A stretch of DNA of 64,000 nt, from positions 20,693-84,692 of the IMG/VR virus record IMGVR_UViG_3300045283_000116. One strand, given 5' to 3'. This DNA is from a virus. The translations under genes and the position numbers were made by a program. The stretch's first letter is position 1. Each line of letters opens with the position of its first letter. The notes under the pieces are model-generated. The model ran no database searches. It was not told the DNA's origin and saw nothing but the letters and a program-made list of their open reading frames with translations. This document shows positions 30,034-39,773 of the stretch, one piece after another.

Positions 30034-31107
30034 ATGGCCGACAACTACGGGAAGCTCACCACCACCGAGCAGGGCTACTGGAACGTCTACACCCGACTTC
30101 GCCAGCTCTCGGATTGGGCAGGCTTCACGGACGGCCAGGACGACGCCAAGACCAAGTCGCGCAACTGGCTGGAGCAGCAGCGCAAGGAAATCTGGCGGCA
30201 GGCCCAGCCGAAATCCGACGGCGGTGACGGCAAGGGCTGGGACGTGAACAACCGCCGCGAGCGCTACGCGCAGTTGGCTGACGACTCCTTGAACGGCGGC
30301 TCGCCGCGGAACCTGTGCCAGCTTCCGACTGGAGGCGGAACTGCGACCGAGAAGGCCAAGATCGCCGAGCGCGAGATGTGGTGGAACCAGTCGAGCGTCG
30401 ACGACGCCACGAAGCAGTGGCGGACGAACAACTCGTCGTGGCTGACGGAGCGCCGCAAGCAGCTTTGGCATCTCATCAACGACGAGGGCGGCTCCCCGGC
30501 CTACAACCGCCAGTCGCGCTACGACGCGATGTGCGTCGCCACGAAGACCGGCGAGCCGTACGACTCGTGGGCCAAGACCCACGACGTGAACACGGGCGGC
30601 ACGAAACCGAAGCCCGCTCCGGCCCCCACGCCGCCGTCGAGCCGCGAGAAGGCGGTCGAGCAGGCCCGCTCCTACCTCGGCGTTCACGAGAGCCCCGCTG
30701 GCTCCAACCGCGGCAACCCGCAGCCGTCCGGCTGGCAGCGCCGCCTGCTCGGCTCGGACGGGTTCGCGTGGTGCGCGTGCTTTACGACCTGCATGGCCTG
30801 GGACGCGGGGGTGAAGGGCGGAAGCTCGGCCGGGGTCATCGTCATCATGTCGATGGCGCAGAGGGGCCAGGGCATGTTCAAGGGCTGGACTACCGACCCG
30901 AGTCGCGTTTTGCGGGGCGACATGGCGGTCATCGGCTGCGCGTCCTGCCACATTGGCCTGGTCGCGGACTCCAACGATCCCTATCACCTGATCGAAGGCA
31001 ACACGTCCCCCGGCAGCGAAGGCAGCCAGTACGCCGGGGGCTGCGTGGCCGAGAAGCGCCGCCCGCGCGGGGCGATCATCGGCTGGGCGCTCGTCGACTA
31101 CCCGTAG
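30034..31107 (+). CDS. endolysin with C-terminal CHAP amidase
   Basis: AWCACF...HIGLV...IEGNTS catalytic motifs; Pro-rich linker. Confidence 0.8.
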   Translation: MADNYGKLTTTEQGYWNVYTRLRQLSDWAGFTDGQDDAKTKSRNWLEQQRKEIWRQAQPKSDGGDGKGWDVNNRRERYAQLADDSLNGGSPRNLCQLPTGGGTATEKAKIAEREMWWNQSSVDDATKQWRTNNSSWLTERRKQLWHLINDEGGSPAYNRQSRYDAMCVATKTGEPYDSWAKTHDVNTGGTKPKPAPAPTPPSSREKAVEQARSYLGVHESPAGSNRGNPQPSGWQRRLLGSDGFAWCACFTTCMAWDAGVKGGSSAGVIVIMSMAQRGQGMFKGWTTDPSRVLRGDMAVIGCASCHIGLVADSNDPYHLIEGNTSPGSEGSQYAGGCVAEKRRPRGAIIGWALVDYP

Positions 31108-31116
31108 GAGAGACCG

Positions 31117-31377
31117 ATGACCGTAACGATGAGCGTAGCCATCTCGTTCGACGCCGACACCCCCGAGGAGGGTCAGGCGATGGTGCACGCGATGAACATC
31201 CCCGAGGGCGCGCAGGTGAACGTCAACGCGAACGTGCATCTCGTGGCGGGCGTCGTGGATGCCCGTGGCGTCGTGGCCCCCCCCGGCCCGCCCGAGCAAG
31301 TTCTCGCCGAGGCCGCGGAGGAGGCAGCAGCAGCGCTTCCTCTCGGCGAGCCAGTGCCCGTAGAGTCCGACTCATGA
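31117..31377 (+). CDS. hypothetical protein
   Basis: 86 aa, AGGAG RBS. Confidence 0.6.
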   Translation: MTVTMSVAISFDADTPEEGQAMVHAMNIPEGAQVNVNANVHLVAGVVDARGVVAPPGPPEQVLAEAAEEAAAALPLGEPVPVESDS

Positions 31378-31634
31378 CCGAGCTTCCCGAGACCCCCGTC
31401 ATCCAGTACCGCGACGCGAAGACCGGCGAGTACGTTACCGCCGAGTACGCGGAGGCGAACCCCGACACGACGGTCAGCGAGACCGAGACCGGCAGCGACG
31501 ACCTGCTCATCGAGACCGGCGTCATGGAGCAAGTGCAGGCCGCGCAGGACAAGTTCGAGCACGACGAGGCCAACGAGGAAGCGATCGTCAGCAACACCGA
31601 GCCCGAGGACGACGGGCTGCCGGACGCCGAGTAA
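31374..31634 (+). CDS. acidic hypothetical protein
   Basis: ATGA overlap; YRDAKTGEYVT...NPDTTV. Confidence 0.6.
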   Translation: MTELPETPVIQYRDAKTGEYVTAEYAEANPDTTVSETETGSDDLLIETGVMEQVQAAQDKFEHDEANEEAIVSNTEPEDDGLPDAE

Positions 31635-31670
31635 CGGATCAACAACTCGCGACTGCGGTCGTAGCGTAGT

Positions 31671-32198
31671 GTGGCTGGCGGGATGCTCACCTTCTGGCAG
31701 CGGCTCGTCTACAACAACGCGCAGTTCCTCGCAGGGCAGTTCCGGCGCTGGGCCGACCAGCTTGACGCCGCTGCTCCGGGGCCTCCGGTGGTGGCATTCC
31801 CGATCCTGTTCATCACCGGAAAGGAAATCTCCGTGGGCCACATCACCGTGCGCGACTCGACCGCGCCGATCAAGGCGTCCGTCACGTTCAAGGACGCTGC
31901 CGGACACGACACCGCACCCGAAGGTCTGCCGACCTGGACCTCATCCGACGAGGCGGTAGCGACCGTCGTCGCATCCGAGGACGGCCTGTCGGCCGAGGTC
32001 ACCGCGGGCTCGCCGGGTGCCGCCGTCATCGAGGTCAAGGAAGTGGACAACGCCGGGCAGGAGATCGTGTCTCAGGGCACCGTCACCGTGCAGCCGGGCG
32101 ACGCCGTGATCGGCGAGATCCACTTCGAGGGCGAGGACGCTCCCGCCGTCCCGGATCAGAGCCTTCCCGGCGACCAGCCGGAGATCAACCCGCTCTAG
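31671..32198 (+). CDS. Ig-like (Big_2) domain protein
   Basis: PTWTSSDEAVATV motif; alternative GTG start at 31833. Confidence 0.65.
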   Translation: MAGGMLTFWQRLVYNNAQFLAGQFRRWADQLDAAAPGPPVVAFPILFITGKEISVGHITVRDSTAPIKASVTFKDAAGHDTAPEGLPTWTSSDEAVATVVASEDGLSAEVTAGSPGAAVIEVKEVDNAGQEIVSQGTVTVQPGDAVIGEIHFEGEDAPAVPDQSLPGDQPEINPL

Positions 32199-32218
32199 GG
32201 CGGGCTACGCTGACGCAG

Positions 32219-32251
32219 CAGCGGCCCGGTAGATCATCCGCCGGGCCGCTG
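32219..32251. terminator. stem-loop between convergent units
   Basis: CAGCGGCCCGG/CCGGGCCGCTG perfect 11-bp stem. Confidence 0.6.
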
Positions 32252-32255
32252 TCCT

Positions 32256-32348
32256 GTGATCGCCACCACGAACATCGCCGCGATCGCGGGACTAATCGCC
32301 GTCCTGATCTTCGCGATCCTCGTCGCGCTCTACGCCTCCAACAAGTAG
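32256..32348 (+). CDS. 30-aa single-TM peptide
   Basis: MIATTNIAAIAGLIAVLIFAILVALYASNK; fills the gap between the hairpin and the convergent gene. Confidence 0.45.
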   Translation: MIATTNIAAIAGLIAVLIFAILVALYASNK

Positions 32349-32349
32349 C

Positions 32350-32637
32350 TCAGGCGGCGTGGAGTTCCTCGAGGTTGCGCATCCACACGTCGAACAGCGG
32401 CTCGGTCTCCGGGTCGATCCCCCAAACACGGTGCTGGCGGCGGCGGTTCTCCCACGACGCGCGCCACATGACGTGGAACGCCTCGCGGGGAAACTCCTCG
32501 TCGGTCGGCCACGGTGCCTCCGGCGCGAGCGCCTCGGCCAATCGGCCGAGGCGCATGTTCACCTGCTGGGCCGCACCGACGCTGTCGTCGGTCGGCCAGC
32601 TTGGCGGGCTAACCCACTCAGAATCCGTGGCGGGCAT
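32350..32637 (-). CDS. hypothetical protein
   Basis: 95 aa, last gene of the leftward cassette. Confidence 0.5.
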   Translation of the reverse strand: MPATDSEWVSPPSWPTDDSVGAAQQVNMRLGRLAEALAPEAPWPTDEEFPREAFHVMWRASWENRRRQHRVWGIDPETEPLFDVWMRNLEELHAA

Positions 32638-33064
32638 AGATGTTGTCGATCTCGGCCTCGAACTCGCCCATCGTCACCGGGCGACCGAGGCGAAGCGCCT
32701 GCTTGTCGAGGAACTTCCCGACGGCCACGTCCGCGGCGAGCCGACGCTGGACGGAGACGATGTGCGCGCCCTTGATCCGCAGCGTCACCTTGAACTCCTG
32801 GTCCGTGATGTCCGTGTCGACCTTGCGATCCCACGTCGAGTCGCTGGAGAGCATCATGCCCCTCGCCTTGAGACGGGCACGGACCCGGCCGGTGACGAGC
32901 CGAGCGAACTCGGTGAACATCAGCGCGGCAGGGACCGTCGACACCAGATCCCCGGCGACATCCCCGGTCGTGACCGGATGCCCCGCGGCCTCGCGGGCGT
33001 CGATGGACGTGTCGATGGCCTGGGTCAACGGATGACCGGAACGGCGGTAGCGCTTCGACTTCAT
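32618..33064 (-). CDS. hypothetical protein (possible DNA-binding)
   Basis: 148 aa, ATGA overlap. Confidence 0.6.
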   Translation of the reverse strand: MKSKRYRRSGHPLTQAIDTSIDAREAAGHPVTTGDVAGDLVSTVPAALMFTEFARLVTGRVRARLKARGMMLSSDSTWDRKVDTDITDQEFKVTLRIKGAHIVSVQRRLAADVAVGKFLDKQALRLGRPVTMGEFEAEIDNIYARHGF

Positions 33065-33804
33065 GATGCGATCCCTTCGGCTTCGTTCGACGCCTTGGCA
33101 GCCTCGGCGGCATCAAGCTGCTCGAGAAAGAACGAGATCCGCTGACCGCACTGGATCAGCCGCTCGCGTTCCCTGTCGAACTCGCCGAGTTCGGTCAACG
33201 CCATGCGGAACCCGTGGCGCTCGTAGCGCCCGTACGCCTTCTCGATCATGTTGTAGACCGAGTCCAGCGCGGGCTCCATCGTCTCGTTGTGGATCTTGTC
33301 CGCCATCGCGCCCGGACCCATCCCGCCAAGCTGGTGGCTGGCGGCGTCGGGCGGCGGCGGCTTCTCGTTCGCCTTCCTGCGCAGATACGACTCGGTCGAC
33401 GAGGCGATACCCACGTTGTCGAGCGCCTTCTGGCTGGATTCGGCGGTGACCGCCTGCGCGATCTCCGGGTCCTCCATCGCCTGCGCGATTTCAGTCGCAA
33501 CTTCGGCGGGCTTCTCCGCGATCAGCTTCCGGGCTCCGGCCTCGATCTCAGCGGTCGTGGCATGCGACCCGCGGTCCCACGGGATCTTCAAGTCCCCCTG
33601 CGGCACCGGCTCCGCACTTGTGCGTGCGCGCACAAGCTGCTCCACCCATCGTGCGCTCCTATCGAGCCTCCGGGCAATCTCTCGCGTGCTCAGTCCCGGA
33701 TCGTCCTTCTGCGCGGCGACGATCTCGTCCGCCGCCTTGAGGTAGAAGCCGTCGCCCTTGGCGATGTACCCCCTCGCCTTCTCGATGTGATCGACCTTCG
33801 TCAT
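33061..33804 (-). CDS. HTH DNA-binding protein
   Basis: LSTREIARRLDRSARWVEQLV helix-turn-helix; GGAGG RBS before ATG 33804. Confidence 0.7.
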   Translation of the reverse strand: MTKVDHIEKARGYIAKGDGFYLKAADEIVAAQKDDPGLSTREIARRLDRSARWVEQLVRARTSAEPVPQGDLKIPWDRGSHATTAEIEAGARKLIAEKPAEVATEIAQAMEDPEIAQAVTAESSQKALDNVGIASSTESYLRRKANEKPPPPDAASHQLGGMGPGAMADKIHNETMEPALDSVYNMIEKAYGRYERHGFRMALTELGEFDRERERLIQCGQRISFFLEQLDAAEAAKASNEAEGIAS

Positions 33805-33823
33805 ACGACCTCCTGGTTCGGTT

Positions 33824-33855
33824 CGGTACATCATCCCACGAATCGGTACATCATC
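33824..33855. promoter_or_regulatory. two direct CGGTACATCATC repeats (putative operator)
   Basis: Copies at 33824 and 33844; a third at 34069. Confidence 0.55.
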
Positions 33856-33863
33856 AACGTTCG

Positions 33864-34061
33864 TTACGAGCCCGCTCTCGCGAGGTCGATTAGGTTCTGG
33901 GCGACCTCGTCCAGGGCTGGCTTGCGGTAGGCCGGTGCGTGCCAGCCCTCCGGCGTCGGCTCTGGGGCGATCCCGAGTAGGAAGCGCATCCGTGCGAGTA
34001 CGTAGGTCGCCTCAATCGCCTGGCTTCCGACCAGGCGATTGCCGTAGTAGGTGTCTGTCAT
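33864..34061 (-). CDS. hypothetical protein
   Basis: 65 aa MTDTYYGNRL... Confidence 0.4.
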   Translation of the reverse strand: MTDTYYGNRLVGSQAIEATYVLARMRFLLGIAPEPTPEGWHAPAYRKPALDEVAQNLIDLARAGS

Positions 34062-34205
34062 GGCCCCACGGTACATCATCCGCAGACGTTCGGTCAAGAT
34101 GTTCATACTGATGGTATACCGATTGCCTCGTTCGTCGCCGGCGACTTCCGTCCGACCGGCAGGCTTTACTCCCGACTGTAAATCGAACTTCGGGAGGATG
34201 GGCTC

Positions 34206-35390
34206 GTGGAGCTCCCAGACAGCAGCATCGGCATCTCGGACATCATCGGCTGGCGCGACTGCCCGAGGCGGATGAGCTACTCCATGCGCCGCCACACCGG
34301 CAACGGAGCCCAGAGCGACGAGCGCACGCCCGAGGCTGGCTCGTGGGCCACGTGGTACGGCTCGGCGATCCACGAGGCCATCCACGCCTCGGACCAGGGG
34401 TTCGACGACGAGGCTGCGCTACAGGCCGCGTGGGATCTGTTCGGCCGCTACCTGCGCCCGTCCGATGTCGACGCCCTGCGCGAGGATCTGGAGACCTACC
34501 ATCAGCGCGACTTCCGCAACGTGCGGACCGTCATGAACGAGGAGGAGTTCCGGGTCCCACTACTAGATCACGACGGTCGTCGCATCTTCTTCCGCGGCCG
34601 CATCGACCGGCTGTACGAACGCCTGGATGCGCCGGGGCACTTCATACACATCGACTACAAGTCGAGCCGGTGGCCCAAGACGCAGGCCGACATCAACGAG
34701 GACGAGCAGCTCTGGGCCTACAACTTCGCCCTGCACGAGTGGCTGCCCGAGATGACCAGCCTGCTCCAGTTCCACGAGCAGTTGAAGTTCGGCCAGCTAC
34801 ACACGCGCAAGACCCCCGACCAGCGTCGCCAGATGGGCGACTGGCTGCGGCTCAACGTCGAGGCGATCCTCAACGACGACGACGTTCGCCCGGACGGGCT
34901 GCTCAAGCACAGCAAGAACCAATGGTGCGCCTGGTGTCCCATCTTGGAGTCGTGCCCGATCGTCCCCGAGCTCACCGACTTCGCGCTGATGGAGCTCGAG
35001 CTCCTGGCCCCGACCCAGAAGATCGGACGCAAGTCTGTGCCTTTCCTGGAGCCGGACCGCATCGAGGAGTACATGGTCGAGCTTGCCCAGGCCAAGGACG
35101 CGCAGGCAATCCTCGGCCGGTTCACCGACGCGATGAGGGATCTGATCCTCAGGATGGACGAGGTCGAGCGCGTGACCTACGGCTACAAGCTCCAGCCCCG
35201 CAAGAAGACCACGTTCACCGGCTCGGCGATGGAGCAGCTACACGACATGCTCGGACCCGAGTTCTACGAGGTCGCCTCGGTCACGAAAACTGCACTCGAG
35301 GCCCACTTTGAGGGCGACGAGTCGGGACTCCAGTCGGCCCTGGATCTCGCCGTCGAGGAAGCCGGGGCCTCCGCCGTCGTCAAGGCGTAG
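34206..35390 (+). CDS. PD-(D/E)XK Cas4/RecB-like exonuclease
   Basis: CPRR, GSAIH, GRIDRL, IDYKS, QLWAY, CAWCPILESC. Confidence 0.85.
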   Translation: MELPDSSIGISDIIGWRDCPRRMSYSMRRHTGNGAQSDERTPEAGSWATWYGSAIHEAIHASDQGFDDEAALQAAWDLFGRYLRPSDVDALREDLETYHQRDFRNVRTVMNEEEFRVPLLDHDGRRIFFRGRIDRLYERLDAPGHFIHIDYKSSRWPKTQADINEDEQLWAYNFALHEWLPEMTSLLQFHEQLKFGQLHTRKTPDQRRQMGDWLRLNVEAILNDDDVRPDGLLKHSKNQWCAWCPILESCPIVPELTDFALMELELLAPTQKIGRKSVPFLEPDRIEEYMVELAQAKDAQAILGRFTDAMRDLILRMDEVERVTYGYKLQPRKKTTFTGSAMEQLHDMLGPEFYEVASVTKTALEAHFEGDESGLQSALDLAVEEAGASAVVKA

Positions 35391-35700
35391 GAAAGAAAGC
35401 TCCCGATCGCTTTCCTAGCGCAAGATGCGAGGACTCGTTGTTGACGTGCGCGAACGCTGCGCTAGAACGGGAGACGCGCCCGGTCCCCTTGCTGGCTGGC
35501 GTGGGACCGGGCGCGCGCTGGAGCACTCCTCCATCCTCCGTCGTCGAACTTTACGGGCTAACGGAAATATTCGCAACGGAGAAGAAGACGTGACGAAACG
35601 CCAAGATTTTACCCCGAACCACGCTCGCTACACGCACCACGCTGCGAGCAGACCTCCACGACGCTCGTCATCCACTTCTCCCTCAGAGAGGTTGTAGACG

Positions 35701-36435
35701 ATGAAGGTCACGCTAGGTTCTGATCGGTACTTGCGGGATGTTTCTGGCCGGATCGTAGGCAAGGCCCTTGACAAGCCCGGAACGTTTGAGCTCAAGATTG
35801 GGGAAGGAATAGAGGATGGGGTAGAGGAGGATGGGGCTCAGCTAGGGCTCGGGCTTAGCTCCGGTAGCGATGGTGCTGTAGACGTAGGTCTTACCAGCGA
35901 CGTTGGTCGCGCGCGCGAGGACCGCTCAGAAAAACTTACGGCGGTCAACCGTGTCTGGGAGAGCTACTGCATCACCATGCACCCGCGGTCGACGCTGCTG
36001 GGCGAGCAGGAGCGCAAGATCATCGGCGCGGCGCTCAAGGTCGCAAGCTGGGAGGAGTGCATCCGGGCGATCATGGCCTGCGAGCGGTCCGACTTCCACA
36101 TGGCGCGCGGCGAGTACCAGGGCGGCAAGCGTTACAACCGCCTGTCGCAAATCCTGAAAGGCAAGCCCGCTTCTCCGCGTGGCCCAGGGAAAACGATTCG
36201 CGAGCAAATCGACATGTTCCTGGACCTCGCGGAAAAAGACGGACAGGAGTCAGGGGTTCCGTCCGTAGGAAATGACAACATCCGCAGGGCCAAGCGCGAG
36301 GTAATCGACGCGACCGAGTTCCCCGGTGACGAACGGATTGTCGAACGGGGTCAGCGGGCGCGAGCGCTTCTCGCCGAAGTCGGAATCACCGTCGTGGACG
36401 TAGTCGGCGGACTCCCGACCTTCATCAACTCATGA
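35701..36435 (+). CDS. putative replication initiation protein
   Basis: 244 aa upstream of HNH and DnaB; helical central domain. Confidence 0.4.
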   Translation: MKVTLGSDRYLRDVSGRIVGKALDKPGTFELKIGEGIEDGVEEDGAQLGLGLSSGSDGAVDVGLTSDVGRAREDRSEKLTAVNRVWESYCITMHPRSTLLGEQERKIIGAALKVASWEECIRAIMACERSDFHMARGEYQGGKRYNRLSQILKGKPASPRGPGKTIREQIDMFLDLAEKDGQESGVPSVGNDNIRRAKREVIDATEFPGDERIVERGQRARALLAEVGITVVDVVGGLPTFINS

Positions 36436-36839
36436 GCCTCCCAGATCGCATCGAAGCCAAGATTGACCGCAGCGGCGACTGCCATCTCTGGACGGGCTAC
36501 GTCGAGAAGAACGGCTACGGAAGGGCGAAGTTCAGGGGCGAAATGTGGCTCGTTCACCGCTTGGTCTACGCCCTTGAGGTCGGCCCCATCCCGCCGGGGA
36601 TGCAGATCGACCACGTCAGGACTCGAGGCTGCACTTCGCGCGCGTGCGTGAACGTCGCCCACCTGGAGGCCGTGACGCTCACGGAGAACGCCCTTCGCGC
36701 GCGAAAGACCCACTGTCTCCGCGGCCACCCGTACGACGAGGCCAACACGTACGTCGATCCGTCGACCGGATACCGCCGCTGTCGACGCTGCCACGCCGAT
36801 GCTGAGCGCGCACGCTGGACGGCACGGAGGGCGGCATGA
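36432..36839 (+). CDS. HNH endonuclease
   Basis: CHLWTG...GYG...VHRLVY...IDH...CVNVAHLEAVT..EN. Confidence 0.9.
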   Translation: MSLPDRIEAKIDRSGDCHLWTGYVEKNGYGRAKFRGEMWLVHRLVYALEVGPIPPGMQIDHVRTRGCTSRACVNVAHLEAVTLTENALRARKTHCLRGHPYDEANTYVDPSTGYRRCRRCHADAERARWTARRAA

Positions 36840-38215
36840 CCGTTTCACGTGAAACCCTCCCGTACTCCCCCGCCGCCGAGGAATCGGTCGTGGGGGGCGT
36901 GCTGGCACGTCCGGCGATCGTGCAGGACATCATCGCCACCGGCCTTGAGCCGATCCACTTCTACGGCGCGCCGATGCGAGCGCTGTTCCACGAGGCCGTC
37001 CAGTGCTACTACGCCGACCAGCCGATCGACCCGCTGACGTTCGCGGAGATTCTCGCCAAGCCGCTCTCGAGGTCATGGGCCTGCGACGACGACGAAGTCG
37101 TGACTCGGGTCCGGGCCTTGGCTGGGGCCGCTCGTGGCGCTCCGCCGCGCCAGCCTGTCGACCACGCCCAACTCGTCAAGCGCCACGCCGACTACCGTGC
37201 CCTGCTCGAAACCGCGGCGATGATCGTGACCGAGGTCGAGCGCGAGAACCAGAGCCCCGAGGAGATTGCCGGGCTGGTCTCGGTGGGCGCGATGGAAGTC
37301 GCAACATCGTCCAGCCTCATGTCGACGATCGTGTCGTTCGACGACCTGGGCCGGAACTTCATCCACACCCAGCGCACGCTGATGGCTGCTCGAGCCGCCG
37401 GAGTCGAGTTGGGCGTCTACTTCGGACTGCCGTTCCTGGATGCGTTCACGCGCGGCCTGCGTCCCTCGGAGCTCCTGTTCATCGCCGGGGAGCCGGGGGT
37501 GGGCAAGTCGGCGGTGACGTGGGCCGCGGCGCTGTCGTTCGCCACGAAGCAGATGCAGCGCCCGGAGGACAAGCGGATCGCCACGCTCGTCCTGTCGCTG
37601 GAGATGGCCGAGGAGCCGTCGTCGGGCCGCCTGGCGCAGGGGGTGACCGGGTTGGACGGTGGCAAGCTGCGCGAGGGCCGTGCGACCCAGGAGGATCTGC
37701 GCCGGGTGGCGGCCGAGTGGCGTAACCGCAAGGGCCTGCCCCTGTACTTCAGCTTCGGGTCGAACCTTCGCGCCTCGCAGGTCCGGGCGATCGTCGCCGA
37801 CGCGATCCGCCGCCACAACGTCGGGCTGGTCATCATCGACCACTTCAAGTACCTCGACATGGATGGCCGCTGGCGCTCTCAGATCGAGGAGGACGGGGCC
37901 AAGGCCCGCTTTCTCAAGCAGGACATTGCCACGCAGTTGAACGTGGCCTGCATCTGCTTGGCGCACACGACGAAGGCGATGGAAAACAAGGACCGCCGTC
38001 CGAGGTTGGAGCACCTGCGCGGCAGCCAGGAGATCAGCGCTCATGCGGACTTCGTGTCGTTCATCTACCGGCCGTACAACCACGCGACTGAGTCGGAGAT
38101 CGACGCCGGGAAGGTGCTGCGCACGGATGCGGAGATGATCTTCGCGAAGAATCGGCACGCGCTGGAGGGCAGCGCGCAGTTCTTCTTCGACCCGAGCAGG
38201 ATGGAGATTCACTGA
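36836..38215 (+). CDS. dnaB: replicative DNA helicase
   Basis: AEESVVGGVL, GEPGVGKS, SLEM, IIDHF, LRGSQEI..HAD, AKNRH. Confidence 0.92.
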   Translation: MTVSRETLPYSPAAEESVVGGVLARPAIVQDIIATGLEPIHFYGAPMRALFHEAVQCYYADQPIDPLTFAEILAKPLSRSWACDDDEVVTRVRALAGAARGAPPRQPVDHAQLVKRHADYRALLETAAMIVTEVERENQSPEEIAGLVSVGAMEVATSSSLMSTIVSFDDLGRNFIHTQRTLMAARAAGVELGVYFGLPFLDAFTRGLRPSELLFIAGEPGVGKSAVTWAAALSFATKQMQRPEDKRIATLVLSLEMAEEPSSGRLAQGVTGLDGGKLREGRATQEDLRRVAAEWRNRKGLPLYFSFGSNLRASQVRAIVADAIRRHNVGLVIIDHFKYLDMDGRWRSQIEEDGAKARFLKQDIATQLNVACICLAHTTKAMENKDRRPRLEHLRGSQEISAHADFVSFIYRPYNHATESEIDAGKVLRTDAEMIFAKNRHALEGSAQFFFDPSRMEIH

Positions 38216-38637
38216 TGGCTGCGAACGTGACGTGCGCGAACTGCGGGGTCGAGTTCTGGATGACCGACGGGCTTGAGCGTGCGCGTCGCCGTGACGGGTC
38301 CAGCTTCTACTGCCCCAACGGCCACTCGCTGTCCTACGCGCCGACCGAGGACCAGAAGCAGATCAAGGAACTCGAGGGGCAACTGGAGTCCCAGCGTCGC
38401 CAGCATCGGCGGCTCATCAACGACTACAACGAGCTCTGGGCGCAGCGCGAGGAACTCGTCGCCGACCTCAAGGTCTGTCCGCTGGGCTGCGGCTATCGCT
38501 CGCGCCGCCAGGTGCCGCGCGACCCGGTGGCGATGGGCCGGGGCCTTGAGCGGGTGCGCACCGACATGGTCGACCACCTGCGCGTCGTCCACGGCGCGCG
38601 CATCCCCGCGACGAAGCTGCTGAAGGCCGGAGCGTGA
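38215..38637 (+). CDS. Zn-finger/coiled-coil protein
   Basis: CANC...FYCPNGH...CPLGC. Confidence 0.65.
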   Translation: MAANVTCANCGVEFWMTDGLERARRRDGSSFYCPNGHSLSYAPTEDQKQIKELEGQLESQRRQHRRLINDYNELWAQREELVADLKVCPLGCGYRSRRQVPRDPVAMGRGLERVRTDMVDHLRVVHGARIPATKLLKAGA

Positions 38638-38762
38638 TGTGCATCCGCTGCCGTGGTACCGGCAAGATCACCTACCCGCCCGCGCTCACCCCGCAGTTCC
38701 CTACGTCCCAGACCTGCCCCGACTGTGCGGGCACGGGCCAGAACAAACCACAGGAGAGATGA
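38637..38762 (+). CDS. 41-aa DnaJ-type Zn-finger peptide
   Basis: CIRCRGTG...CPDCAGTG; coupled on both sides. Confidence 0.6.
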   Translation: MCIRCRGTGKITYPPALTPQFPTSQTCPDCAGTGQNKPQER

Positions 38763-38972
38763 ATGCCACGCACGAACTCAGTGCCGATCGGCGAGATCAA
38801 GACTCGCGTCGAGAAAAGGCTGCGCGTCAAGGCCAAGACCGCGGCTGAGCTCGGAGACGAGATCGGCATGTCTGGCCGCGGCGTCGGTCGCGCCCTGGGC
38901 CAGCTCGTGCGGGAGGGCCGCGCCGTCAAGGTCGCGACCCGAGTTCCTGGATACACGAAGCCGAGGCCCTGA
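38763..38972 (+). CDS. small HTH protein
   Basis: KTAAELGDEIGMSGRGVGRALGQL. Confidence 0.7.
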   Translation: MPRTNSVPIGEIKTRVEKRLRVKAKTAAELGDEIGMSGRGVGRALGQLVREGRAVKVATRVPGYTKPRP

Positions 38973-39532
38973 TGCTGACCACCAACCAGACCCTTCTGCT
39001 GCGCCGGATCGCCAACGCGCCCGAGCCAATCTCGGTCGAGGCGCTGTCGTCCGTTCGCAATGAGCACGACGACGAGATGGGGGAGAACGCCGTTCGCTCG
39101 TCGACGAAGCGCATGGAGAAGAACGGCTGGGTCACGGGCTCAGGCATCGGGAGACTGCGCTCCTACGCGATCACGGCCGTCGGAGTGGCCGCCCTTCAGG
39201 ACCCGACAGCTTCGGACTCCAGTCTCGACAATGGGGACCAGGGTGCACCAGCTCCGCCTGGACTCGAGCTGGATGCTTCCCCGGCCTCCAGTCGCAACTA
39301 CGTGGTGCTGGAGGAGGTCATGGTCGGCGAGCTCGAGCTGGATGAGCAGGCCGCGGTGTACGTCGTGGTCGAAACCACCGCGGCCCGCAACGTCGAAGCC
39401 GCCCTGCGCCACGCCGCCAAGGCGAACTTCGAGGACGGCATCCCGAGACTGGTCGCCGTGTCCGAGAAGATGTGGCAGGTGACCCCGGTGGAGGTCAAGA
39501 CCGCGAGGTCGGTGAGCATCGGTGGAGGGTGA
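38972..39532 (+). CDS. winged-helix protein
   Basis: RMEKNGWV...YAITAVG wHTH pattern. Confidence 0.6.
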   Translation: MLTTNQTLLLRRIANAPEPISVEALSSVRNEHDDEMGENAVRSSTKRMEKNGWVTGSGIGRLRSYAITAVGVAALQDPTASDSSLDNGDQGAPAPPGLELDASPASSRNYVVLEEVMVGELELDEQAAVYVVVETTAARNVEAALRHAAKANFEDGIPRLVAVSEKMWQVTPVEVKTARSVSIGGG

Positions 39533-39773
39533 CCTGTTCCGCGCGCACGACGACGCCGTGAGCCGAGCTCGCGAGTTCGACGGCGACTGGATCGGGCGAC
39601 TCAAGGCTTTCGGTCTGGACCCGGCCGAGGTCGAGGAGGTCATCGTGGCTCGCTGGGAGGACTTCAAGACGGTGCGGCAGGAGGGCGTCATCACGGAGGA
39701 CTTCGTGCTGTTCGCCGCGGGCTTTGCCGAGGGCCTCGTTGCTGGCGTGGCGTTCGGTGAACGTGAACACTGA
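39522..39773 (+). CDS. hypothetical protein
   Basis: 83 aa in the operon. Confidence 0.5.
   Translation: MEGDLFRAHDDAVSRAREFDGDWIGRLKAFGLDPAEVEEVIVARWEDFKTVRQEGVITEDFVLFAAGFAEGLVAGVAFGEREH

Noticed and set aside
34206-35390. Cas4-like gene as part of a CRISPR-Cas system
   Set aside because: Stand-alone PD-(D/E)XK nucleases are common in phage recombination modules; no array was found
36432-36839. HNH as an intron- or intein-encoded endonuclease
   Set aside because: It is free-standing with 4-bp overlaps; DnaB appears intact and no intron structure is visible
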